DNA of 22,241 nucleotides from a bacterium (GTDB taxonomy: Bacteria; Babelota; Babeliae; Babelales; RVW-14). This document shows, in pieces, positions 8,634-16,546 of this stretch (its first letter is position 1; each line of letters begins with the position of its first letter). Below the pieces are notes generated by a model. It saw only the letters and a list, made by a program, of their open reading frames with translations, was not told where the DNA came from and did not search any database. The stretch lies in NCBI GenBank assembly GCA_043822925.1, contig JBDRBF010000040.1:1-22241 (forward strand), read 5' to 3'. Both the position numbers and the translations under genes were made by a program.

Positions 8634-10040
8634 ATGAAGATATCAATCGTTACTGTTTTTCCAGAGCTATATACACAGTTTTTTACGACGAGTATTTTGG
8701 GCCGTGCCATAGAAAAAAATCTTATCGAGTTTAATTTGGTGCGTTTGTCTGATTTTGTAAAACCAAAAGAACGCATTGATGAGCCAACGTGTGGCCCAGG
8801 ACCGGGCATGATTATTAAGCCTGACGTTTTAGAGCGGGCGTTAATGGCTTGCGAAGAAAAGTGGGGAACGGGGTATCGTATATTTTTTTCGCCACAGGGC
8901 GTGACGCTTAATCAAAATATTTTAAAAGATCTTGCACAACAAATTGCACCAGAACGAAAACTTGTGTTTAAGCAGGATTGCCCGCAAGCTTCTGAATTCG
9001 CTCAAGATGCATCGCAGGGGTCTGGCGAAAATAAAGTATCGGGGCAGAAGCAAATAGAGCATCTTGTTCTTGTTTGTTCGCGTTACGAGGGGATTGATGA
9101 GCGTGTTTTGCAAAAACATGCGGATCTTGAGCTTTCGATAGGTGACTATGTATTATTTGGGGGTGATTTGCCTGCTCAAGTACTTATTGAGGGCTTGAGC
9201 CGTTTAATTTCTCATGTTGTCGGTACGCAAGAGTCTGTTGAGTGTGAGTCTTTTAGTGGGGCGTTTTTAGATCACCCACAATATGGTTTACCGGTTGAGT
9301 GGCACGGGAAGAATATTCCAGAAGTAGTTTTGTCCGGTAATCATGCAAAAATAGAACAATGGCGCAAGCAGGAAGCCTGTAGAAAAACTGTTTTGAATCG
9401 TTTTGATTGGTTTCGGTCTAGCCAGCCAAACAAGCAAGATGTGCAGTTAGCTACAAGTATTATCCCGCACCATTATGTAGCTGTTATGCATACGCAAGTT
9501 TTAATGAAAGATGGGAGTGTTGGCCAGACGTCAGTAGCTTCGCTTGATATACATGATATAGCTCGGTCGGCAAAAGCGTATGGTTTTAAAAATTTTTTTG
9601 TTGTCTCTCCATTGGTCGACCAGCAAGAGATACTTAAGGCTTTTCTTAGTTTTTGGCGGTCTCCTGAGGGAATAGATTATAACAAGAGTCGGCATGATGC
9701 GGTTGAACTTGTTGTTTTGGTAAAAAAATTAGACGAAGTTCTTGAGAATATTTATAAGTTAGAAGGTAAAAAGCCAATTATTATTGCAACATCGGCTAAG
9801 CAAACAGAGCGGGCAGCCGTTATTGATTATTACAGTCAGGCAATTGTTTGGAAGCACGAGCGCCCAGTTCTTTTTTTATTTGGTACAGGGTGGGGTCTAT
9901 GCGACGAGGTTTTGGTTCAATGTGATTATATTTTGACACCTGTTAATGGGATGACTGATTATAACCATTTGTCCGTCAGGGCGGCTGCTTCTATAATATT
10001 TGACCGTTGGTTGGGGCTGCAACCAAGAAAAAGAGCTTAA
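8634..10040 (+). CDS. trmD: tRNA (guanine37-N1)-methyltransferase TrmD fused to a Tm1570-type SPOUT RNA methyltransferase
   Basis: aa ~1-260: SPQG, RYEGIDERV, SIGDYVL.GG, ESF, LSGNH. aa ~279-468: LDIHDIARS, GTGWGL, YNHLSVRAA. Confidence 0.93.
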   Translation: MKISIVTVFPELYTQFFTTSILGRAIEKNLIEFNLVRLSDFVKPKERIDEPTCGPGPGMIIKPDVLERALMACEEKWGTGYRIFFSPQGVTLNQNILKDLAQQIAPERKLVFKQDCPQASEFAQDASQGSGENKVSGQKQIEHLVLVCSRYEGIDERVLQKHADLELSIGDYVLFGGDLPAQVLIEGLSRLISHVVGTQESVECESFSGAFLDHPQYGLPVEWHGKNIPEVVLSGNHAKIEQWRKQEACRKTVLNRFDWFRSSQPNKQDVQLATSIIPHHYVAVMHTQVLMKDGSVGQTSVASLDIHDIARSAKAYGFKNFFVVSPLVDQQEILKAFLSFWRSPEGIDYNKSRHDAVELVVLVKKLDEVLENIYKLEGKKPIIIATSAKQTERAAVIDYYSQAIVWKHERPVLFLFGTGWGLCDEVLVQCDYILTPVNGMTDYNHLSVRAAASIIFDRWLGLQPRKRA

Positions 10041-10058
10041 GACTCGTAAAAATCTTTA

Positions 10059-10087
10059 TTGATAAGCGGGTTAAATCCCGATATACT
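10059..10087 (+). promoter_or_regulatory. Putative sigma70 promoter for rplS
   Basis: TTGATA, 17-nt spacer (containing CGGG/CCCG), TATACT. Confidence 0.6.
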
Positions 10088-10137
10088 AAAAAACATTGTA
10101 AACCTATTATTTATCGACATTATTCAGGGATAAAGAT

Positions 10138-10563
10138 ATGAAAGCACGGATGCTCACGAAAGAAACTATTCTTAATTATGGCCAAACAGATAGAGGTTTT
10201 CCAGCTTTTAGAGTTGGTGATACTATTGACGTTTCTCAAGTAATTAAAGAAGGCGAAAAAGAACGTATTCAGCAATTTGCTGGAGAAGTTATCGCAATCA
10301 GAACGCATGGCATTTCTTCAACTTTTACTGTGCGTAAAATGGGCGCTAATAGCATTGGCGTAGAAAGAATATTCCCTTACTATTCACCAAACGTAAGTAA
10401 AATTGAGTTTTTAAAGCGTGGTAGAGTTAGACGTGCTAAACTTTCATACTTGAGCAAAAGGCTTGGAAAAGCTGGTCGCGTTGATGAAAAAATTATTACT
10501 AAAGAACAAAGAGCAGAAATTGTCGATGCTAACCATGTTTCTAAGTCTGATTCTTCCAAATAA
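10138..10563 (+). CDS. rplS: 50S ribosomal protein L19
   Basis: FRVGDT, EGEKERIQ.F.G, TFTVRK...GVER.FP..SP, GRVRRAKL.YL; follows trmD. Confidence 0.97.
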   Translation: MKARMLTKETILNYGQTDRGFPAFRVGDTIDVSQVIKEGEKERIQQFAGEVIAIRTHGISSTFTVRKMGANSIGVERIFPYYSPNVSKIEFLKRGRVRRAKLSYLSKRLGKAGRVDEKIITKEQRAEIVDANHVSKSDSSK

Positions 10564-10567
10564 GATT

Positions 10568-10594
10568 GTCATCCCAGACTTGATCTGGGATCCA
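10568..10594. repeat. REP/RPE-like palindromic element
   Basis: GTCATCCCAGACTTGATCTGGGATCCA: perfect 8-bp stem ATCCCAGA/TCTGGGAT with CTTGA loop and no T tail. Resembles the GTCATCCC..CTTGA..GGGATCC repeat class; only one copy in this window. Confidence 0.6.
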
Positions 10595-10600
10595 CTCCGC

Positions 10601-11041
10601 TTGGTAATAAATAAAAGTCTTGCTGCTTGTGTGGTAATTGTATTTTTTCTTTCCTCATGCGGCAGCAAGCAATCTTCTTCATCGTCTCCCTTCTTAAAAG
10701 ACCTTACAAATAAACAGCAACGTGCGTTTGTTTCTGGTGTTGAGGCTATTAATGGCCTTGATATTCCAGTACCTCTAAACTATTGTTTAATTAATCAGCC
10801 AAGTGCAAATTATTTTGTTTATGGTGGTAAGTTATCGCTTAAAAAGTTACAAGAATATTATGTTCGTGAAATGGAACGGCTTGGTTGGAATATTGTTAAT
10901 TTCGAATCTGATCAAGAGAAGTTATTGGTTTGCAATAATGTGTCGCACTATTGTGCTTTATCGCTCAGAAATGTCCAAAGAAAATATACAACATGTGTGT
11001 ATGTATTTCTTTCTTCAAAACACAAAAAGAGTGTGTCATGA
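10601..11041 (+). CDS. Putative lipoprotein of unknown function (start uncertain)
   Basis: From in-frame TTG 10601: basic residue, hydrophobic stretch, lipobox LSSC, Ser-rich linker. The ORF-track start at 10463 overlaps rplS. Confidence 0.65.
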   Translation: MVINKSLAACVVIVFFLSSCGSKQSSSSSPFLKDLTNKQQRAFVSGVEAINGLDIPVPLNYCLINQPSANYFVYGGKLSLKKLQEYYVREMERLGWNIVNFESDQEKLLVCNNVSHYCALSLRNVQRKYTTCVYVFLSSKHKKSVS

Positions 11042-11151
11042 TTCTTATTATTAAAATAATTCTTTTTCTTCTATTACTTGTTGGGATAGCATCTATTTCA
11101 TTTTATTTGCACGTGAAATTTCTCGGCAAATTTTTTGGCATAAAAAAATAG
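11038..11151 (+). CDS. Small single-TM protein, 37 aa
   Basis: ATGA overlap with the lipoprotein stop; MILIIKIILFLLLLVGIASISFYLHVKFLGKFFGIKK. Confidence 0.45.
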   Translation: MILIIKIILFLLLLVGIASISFYLHVKFLGKFFGIKK

Positions 11152-11155
11152 ATTT

Positions 11156-11371
11156 TTATTTTTTGCGTGTAAAAAGTGTTTTAATATAGTGCCAGAATTT
11201 GTGCATTTTAGTTAAAAGTTTCTTATTTCCCAATAATATTATTCCCGCGCTAATCATAAGAACCCCTTGCAAGAAGGGAAGAAATAGGCCAATAATTCCC
11301 ACTAAAATTAATAGTATGCCAAGAATTTTTTTTCCGTATGTTTTAAGCAGATTTTCATGTTCTTTGTGCAT
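11156..11371 (-). CDS. Small membrane hairpin protein (PGPGW/DUF454-like)
   Basis: GILLILVGIIGLFLPFLQGVLMISAGIILL helix-Pro-helix pattern; GGAG upstream of ATG at 11371. Confidence 0.7.
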   Translation of the reverse strand: MHKEHENLLKTYGKKILGILLILVGIIGLFLPFLQGVLMISAGIILLGNKKLLTKMHKFWHYIKTLFTRKK

Positions 11372-11436
11372 TTTACTCTCCAAATTTTGTTTTTAAGGCC
11401 AAATGCTTGCTAATAAACGCTATTTTGGTAAAAAAG

Positions 11437-11619
11437 AAAGATCTTCATTTCGAGTATATCTTTGTGTTAAATATTGGGAAGTCGTTTAGTGGTAGTACGT
11501 TGGATTCATGTCTTTGCCAGGGCTTGGACGGGAATGCTGAGTCCCTTTATCATTGAATGTGCGAAACAATATCCTCACCAAGTATAAGGTATGTTGGATA
11601 CACTTTCGGGAAGATCTTT
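11437..11619 (+). ncRNA. Candidate rod-shaped ncRNA, 6S RNA-like, containing a tRNA-Gln 5'-half copy
   Basis: Nested colinear helices with many G-U pairs on the + strand, a central bubble and 183-nt length; folded by hand only. Confidence 0.5.
11475..11507 (+). repeat. Degenerate copy of the 5' half of the adjacent tRNA-Gln
   Basis: TGGGAAGTCGTTTAGTGGTAGTACGTTGGATTC vs TGGGAAGTCGTCTAGTGGTAGGACCCTGGACTC (11697-11729): 28/33 identical; no 3' half follows. Confidence 0.85.
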
Positions 11620-11696
11620 TATTAAAAAACATTTTTGGTAATTTGCATTGCCCAAACGCCATTTTTTTGTTAAAACTATCACATCTAAAAACGCAT

Positions 11697-11770
11697 TGGG
11701 AAGTCGTCTAGTGGTAGGACCCTGGACTCTGAATCCAGTTACAGAGGTTCGAATCCTCTCTTCCCAACCA
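11697..11770 (+). tRNA. tRNA-Gln (CTG)
   Basis: 74 nt; acceptor TGGGAAG/CTTCCCA with U1-A72, anticodon stem CTGGA/TCCAG, loop CT-CTG-AA, T loop TTCGAAT, encoded CCA. Confidence 0.98.
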
Positions 11771-11915
11771 ATAGCTCCGCTTTCAATCGCGACTTAGCAA
11801 CTCTTTTTAAATGTGGCATACTCTTTTGTTTTCATGCATCAAGGTTTTGATTTTGTAAGGGAATAATAATGGCTACTATTGTCAATCAAACGAGCGTCTA
11901 AGAAGGATTATTGTA

Positions 11916-13250
11916 ATGAAAAACTATATTGCCTGTATATTGCTCTTATTGCATACTTCTTCAGCATTTTGCGATTATCAACCAACTCCATCTAATTTAG
12001 AAGCACGGCAATGGTTTAAAGGTGCACGATTTGGGCTTTTTATACATTGGGGAATTTATAGCCAACTCGCCCATGGCGAGTGGGTTATGCAAAATCAAAG
12101 AATGTCTTTAAAAAATTATGAACAATTAGCCCCTCTTTTTAATCCGGTTAAATTTAATGCTTCTGAATGGGTTGCACTCGCAAAAGCGGCTGGAATGCGT
12201 TACATGACTTTTACAACTAAGCATCATGATGGCTTTGCAATGTTTGGCACCAAACAAAGTACGTGGAATGTTGTTGATGGCTCTTTTTATGGCCGAGATG
12301 TTTTAAAACTCCTGGCTGATGAATGTCATAAACAAGATGTTAAATTGTTTTGTTATTATTCTCAATTAGATTGGCATAATCATAATTACTTTCCTCGAGG
12401 AGATACCGGCAATTTACCCGGGCGATCGAATAATGGAAACTGGAATACTTACATTCAATATATGAACGCTCAATTAACAGAATTGCTGACTAATTATGGG
12501 AAAATAGCTGGAATTTGGTTTGATGGGTGGTGGGACAAACCATATGCGAGTTGGGATCTTTTGGCAACGTTTGATTTGATACACGCCTTGCAACCACAGG
12601 CCTTGATAGGATCTAATCATCACAAAGCTCCGTTTGAAGGCCAAGACTTTCAAATGTTCGAACAAGATTTGCCAGGAGAAAATAGCGCTGGATTTGAAAA
12701 AGAAGCCACGATAAGCACATTGCCACTCGAATGCTGCATTACTATTAATAAACATGCATGGGGTATAGATTTAATAGATGCTCACAATGAACTTAAAACA
12801 ACAAAAGAACTTATTCATGCCTTGGCTAGCGCCGCTGGCCGCAATGCAAATCTTCTACTCAACGTTGGTCCTCTGTCAGATGGAACATTTCCTCAAGATG
12901 CAAAAGAAAAATTACTCGAAATAGGTTCATGGCTTAATAAAAGTGGAGAAGCAATTTATGAAACGAGTGGCGGCCCATTGACCCCACGTGCTTGGGGTGT
13001 GACCACTCAACGGGAAAGTAAAATATATGTGCATCTTTTATCGTGGACTCCACACGATACGTTGCAGCTTCCGATTAAAAACGTACAGAAAGCATATTAT
13101 TTGAAAAATCAAGTAGCACTCACCTATGAGCATTTGTGCGATAGCATTGTACTCAAAGATATTGTTTTACAAGACCCTTATGACACAATAATAGTTTTAG
13201 AAATCGATTTTCAAAAAACTATCCCTTCTAAGAAAAAACTGACAAAATAA
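11916..13250 (+). CDS. Alpha-L-fucosidase (GH29), secreted
   Basis: RFGLFIHWG, FNP..F.A.EW...AK.AG, TKHHDGF, nucleophile motif IWFDG, LLLNVGP; N-terminal signal peptide. Confidence 0.93.
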   Translation: MKNYIACILLLLHTSSAFCDYQPTPSNLEARQWFKGARFGLFIHWGIYSQLAHGEWVMQNQRMSLKNYEQLAPLFNPVKFNASEWVALAKAAGMRYMTFTTKHHDGFAMFGTKQSTWNVVDGSFYGRDVLKLLADECHKQDVKLFCYYSQLDWHNHNYFPRGDTGNLPGRSNNGNWNTYIQYMNAQLTELLTNYGKIAGIWFDGWWDKPYASWDLLATFDLIHALQPQALIGSNHHKAPFEGQDFQMFEQDLPGENSAGFEKEATISTLPLECCITINKHAWGIDLIDAHNELKTTKELIHALASAAGRNANLLLNVGPLSDGTFPQDAKEKLLEIGSWLNKSGEAIYETSGGPLTPRAWGVTTQRESKIYVHLLSWTPHDTLQLPIKNVQKAYYLKNQVALTYEHLCDSIVLKDIVLQDPYDTIIVLEIDFQKTIPSKKKLTK

Positions 13251-13314
13251 AAAAAGTTAACAAAGTAGAAGTTTTGTTAAAAATTTGTCCAAGAACAAAA
13301 AAAGGAGTTTTGGG

Positions 13315-14592
13315 ATGTTAAATAAAACAGGCCTGCTTGCCAAAACAGGAGTTTTTGGTAAAAAAATATTTTTTACCGTATTTTTTGCAATGGTCTTATT
13401 GAGTTTTTCTTTTACAATATCAATGCAAGCGAACCCGCCCTTGTTTGATGCGTATTCAAAACTAAAAAATAGTGTCCCCTATGTTTCTTTGGGAGACCTT
13501 GAAACGACGCCTATTATTTATGTCGAGTCGCTTAGCCAACGAGGTGGCGCACAATTTTATGTTAAAGATGATGGAATTTGTGGCATTGATAAAATGGGCA
13601 AAAAAATATTTGCGGGAAACAAACGCCGCAAGCATGAGTTTTTACTTGCTGACGCGCTTGCTCATGGCGCAAAACGTATTTACACGTTGGGTGGCGCAGG
13701 GTCAAACCATGCAACTGCAACAGCTGCTTATGCACGTGAACTGGGCCTAGCATGTACGTTAGTGCTTGGGCCGCAGCGTAACACGCGCTATGTACAGCGT
13801 AATCTTAAACTCGATCTTTTTTATGGGGCGAATATTGTTGCCTGTCAAACACGTCAGGAGCGAACACAAACCTGTAAAGAATTAGTGCAACGTGATCCTG
13901 CTGGCTATTTTATTCCTCTTGGAGGCTCAAATAAAATTGGAGCTATTGGGTATGTTAATGCAGCTTTTGAACTTAAAAAACAAATTGAACAGGGATTAAT
14001 GCCAAAACCTGATGTTATTTATGTAACCGTGAGCAGCGCGGGCATGGCAGCAGGACTCATTGTTGGAATTAAAGCAGCAGGACTTGATATTCTTGTCAAA
14101 CCTGTTCGCATTGACGATACGCCAGAAGAAATTGAAACAGAACTGTCTCATTTAATTAAAGAAGTAAGCGAATATCTTTATGAGCATGATTCAAGTTTCC
14201 CACGTATCTCGATTGCCCCAAGCCAACTTAACGTTATTAACGATATAGCTGGCGAAGAATATGTAGCGGATGATCATGCGCGTATCGCACGAAATTGCAT
14301 TTTTGATGCCTATGCCCTTACTACACCAGCAGGTGCGAGCGCTATTCAAGAGCTTTTTCAAGTTACAGGAATTAAGCTTGATGGAACATATTCTGGTAAA
14401 GCATTTGCAGCGTGTCTTCGTGATTTAAAATCGGGAGAGCTTCAAGGTAAAACGGTACTTTTTTGGGACTCTTTCTGTGACGGCGATTTTAGCGAGTATA
14501 CAAGCGCTGTTGACACAAAAAAACTTCCCCTAGAACTACAAAAATATATCGATGAAGTTTATCCAATTCAACTCCTAGACCAAGGGGTATGA
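13315..14592 (+). CDS. PLP-dependent D-cysteine desulfhydrase / ACC deaminase family protein with N-terminal signal-like segment
   Basis: GNKRRK (PLP lysine), GGAGSNH, IPLGGS, LDGTYSGKA; ATG 13315 after AAGGAG. Confidence 0.85.
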   Translation: MLNKTGLLAKTGVFGKKIFFTVFFAMVLLSFSFTISMQANPPLFDAYSKLKNSVPYVSLGDLETTPIIYVESLSQRGGAQFYVKDDGICGIDKMGKKIFAGNKRRKHEFLLADALAHGAKRIYTLGGAGSNHATATAAYARELGLACTLVLGPQRNTRYVQRNLKLDLFYGANIVACQTRQERTQTCKELVQRDPAGYFIPLGGSNKIGAIGYVNAAFELKKQIEQGLMPKPDVIYVTVSSAGMAAGLIVGIKAAGLDILVKPVRIDDTPEEIETELSHLIKEVSEYLYEHDSSFPRISIAPSQLNVINDIAGEEYVADDHARIARNCIFDAYALTTPAGASAIQELFQVTGIKLDGTYSGKAFAACLRDLKSGELQGKTVLFWDSFCDGDFSEYTSAVDTKKLPLELQKYIDEVYPIQLLDQGV

Positions 14593-14667
14593 GTAAAAAT
14601 CAGCTGGGTTCATTCTTTGGGATCTTTATGCTCAAGGTCATAATTTGGAGTAAAGAGTAGGTATAAA

Positions 14668-16026
14668 ATGAAAATAACTTTTTTGGGTGCGATAGAAGAA
14701 GTTGCTGGATCACGATATCTTGTTGAGCATGAAGATACAAAAGTTTTAGTTGATTGTGGTTTATTTCAGGGGAATAGTGAGCTCCGTAAATATAATTGGG
14801 ATAAGTTTCCAATAGACCCGAGTCGCATTGATGCAGTTGTATTAACGCATGCCCATATAGATCATAGCGGGTATATACCTGTACTCGTTAAAAATGGTTT
14901 TAAAAATAAAATCTATTGTTCAAGCGCTACGTTTGAGTTGTGTTCTATCTTGCTCGTTGATGGTGGAGTTTTACAGGAAGAAGATGCAAATAATGCTAAT
15001 AAACACGTCTGTTCTAGTCACCATCCAGCATTGCCTTTATATACTAAAATTGATGCTGAGCATTCTTTAAAATTTTTTCAGGTAATTGATTACGATACAG
15101 TTTTGACTATAGGTAAAAGCTTAAAAATTACGTTAATTCGCTCAGGCCATATTCTTGGTTCATCATTTATTACTATATCAGATGGAAAGCAAACAATAAC
15201 TTTTTCGGGAGATCTTGCTCGTCCCAATCAGCTTTTAATGAAACCTCCTACACATTTAAAAAAAACAGATTTTCTTGTTATTGAATCAACTTATGGTGAT
15301 AGATTGCATGAAGAAGGCGATCCAATAAAGGTTATAGGTGAGGTTGTAAATAAAACAGTAGCAAAGGGAGGGGTGCTTATAATACCAGCCTTTGCTGTAG
15401 GACGAACACAAACAATTCTTTATTGTCTTTATCAATTAAAACAAAAAAAGATTATTCCAAATATTCCTATTTTTTTAGATAGCCCCATGGCTATAAATGT
15501 TACTAACTTGCTTTGTACGTTTAAAGATGACGTTAAGCTATCGTCTACGTTATGTACGGATATATGTGATATTGCTACTTATACGCGAACAAGAGAAGAA
15601 TCAAGGCAGATTGATCGCGTTAAGGGTTCTTCGATAATTATTGCAGCAAGTGGTATGGCAACCGGGGGACGAGTTTTACATCATTTTAGACATTTTATTT
15701 CTGATTCTAAAAATACGATACTTTTTGTAGGTTTTCAGGCAAATGGTACTACTGGACAAGCATTAGTAGATGGTGCAAAGGAAATAGAAATTCATGGGAA
15801 AATATATTCGGTTCATGCAGAAATAAAAGCAATAGAAACGTTCTCAGGTCATGCTGATTATAATGAAATATTGGAATGGATAGGATATTTTGAAGGTGGG
15901 CCTAAAAAAGTATTTGTTACACATGGCGAGATAGAAGCTGCTCAGCCATTGAAAAAGAAAATAGAAGAGCGTTTTGGTTGCTCTGTTGTAATTCCAAAGT
16001 ATTTAGAATCTTTTGAGTTAAATTAA
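14668..16026 (+). CDS. MBL-fold beta-CASP ribonuclease (TTHA0252-like)
   Basis: LVDCG, THAHIDHSG, GHILGS, FSGD, ESTYG, PAFAVGR, SGHAD, VTHGE. Confidence 0.92.
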   Translation: MKITFLGAIEEVAGSRYLVEHEDTKVLVDCGLFQGNSELRKYNWDKFPIDPSRIDAVVLTHAHIDHSGYIPVLVKNGFKNKIYCSSATFELCSILLVDGGVLQEEDANNANKHVCSSHHPALPLYTKIDAEHSLKFFQVIDYDTVLTIGKSLKITLIRSGHILGSSFITISDGKQTITFSGDLARPNQLLMKPPTHLKKTDFLVIESTYGDRLHEEGDPIKVIGEVVNKTVAKGGVLIIPAFAVGRTQTILYCLYQLKQKKIIPNIPIFLDSPMAINVTNLLCTFKDDVKLSSTLCTDICDIATYTRTREESRQIDRVKGSSIIIAASGMATGGRVLHHFRHFISDSKNTILFVGFQANGTTGQALVDGAKEIEIHGKIYSVHAEIKAIETFSGHADYNEILEWIGYFEGGPKKVFVTHGEIEAAQPLKKKIEERFGCSVVIPKYLESFELN

Positions 16027-16241
16027 TTTTTCTTACTAAGCTTGCTTCAGGTGCAGTTATTGCTAATTTTGCATAGTCGATGGGGTGATGCTCTGTTACA
16101 ATAGCGAGCTGCTTTTGCCTAAAATTTGTTCTTTAACGTCGAATGATAGATCGCTTAGTCTTGAAAAGTACATGATTTGAAAAATAGGGCGAATTAATGT
16201 TGTATGAAGAATAAACTTGATTTCTGGATATTATTCTGTAG

Positions 16242-16263
16242 GTTATGAATATGTATTCATAAC
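16242..16263. promoter_or_regulatory. Perfect palindrome, candidate operator upstream of DUF5320-DUF134
   Basis: GTTATGAATA-TG-TATTCATAAC, overlapping a possible -10 TAGGTT (16239-16244) with -35 TTGATT (16217-16222). Confidence 0.65.
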
Positions 16264-16290
16264 GTGTGTATTTATAGAAAGGATTTTATT

Positions 16291-16545
16291 ATGCCTAGAT
16301 TTGATGGAGCTGGTCCTCATGGACAAGGGGCAATGACGGGACGTGGAATGGGTAATTGCAAACAAGGACGAGGTTGCGAACGAGGCCGTGGGTTAGGACA
16401 GGGGTTAGGTCGCGGACAGGGTGAACCGTGTCGATTTGCTGATTCTGGAAAAGATCTTACATTGCAAGAAAGACTTGAATTGCTTAAGGCTAATAAGAAG
16501 CGTCTTGAACTAGAAATAGAATTACTAGAAAAAGAACAATCATAA
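16291..16545 (+). CDS. DUF5320 family Gly/Arg-rich protein
   Basis: MPRFDGAGPHGQGAMTGRGMGNC signature, GRG repeats, C-terminal coiled coil; ATG after AAAGGA. Confidence 0.85.
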   Translation: MPRFDGAGPHGQGAMTGRGMGNCKQGRGCERGRGLGQGLGRGQGEPCRFADSGKDLTLQERLELLKANKKRLELEIELLEKEQS

Positions 16546-16546
16546 T

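Noticed and set aside
10463-10600. N-terminal extension of the lipoprotein as given in the ORF track
   Set aside because: Overlaps rplS by about 100 nt and places the lipobox too far from the start.
11475-11560. A second functional or intron-containing tRNA-Gln
   Set aside because: No T-arm (TTCRA) or CTTCCCA acceptor strand before the real tRNA, and no group I intron core visible.
11794-11821. CIRCE-like TTAGCAACTC half-site
   Set aside because: No matching GAGTGCTAA arm and not upstream of a chaperone gene.
11771-16290. Prophage or integrative element at tRNA-Gln
   Set aside because: No integrase, phage genes or duplicated tRNA 3' end found.
16366-16422. GGGTTAGG / GGACAGGG short repeats
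   Set aside because: Explained by the Gly-rich coding repeats of DUF5320.
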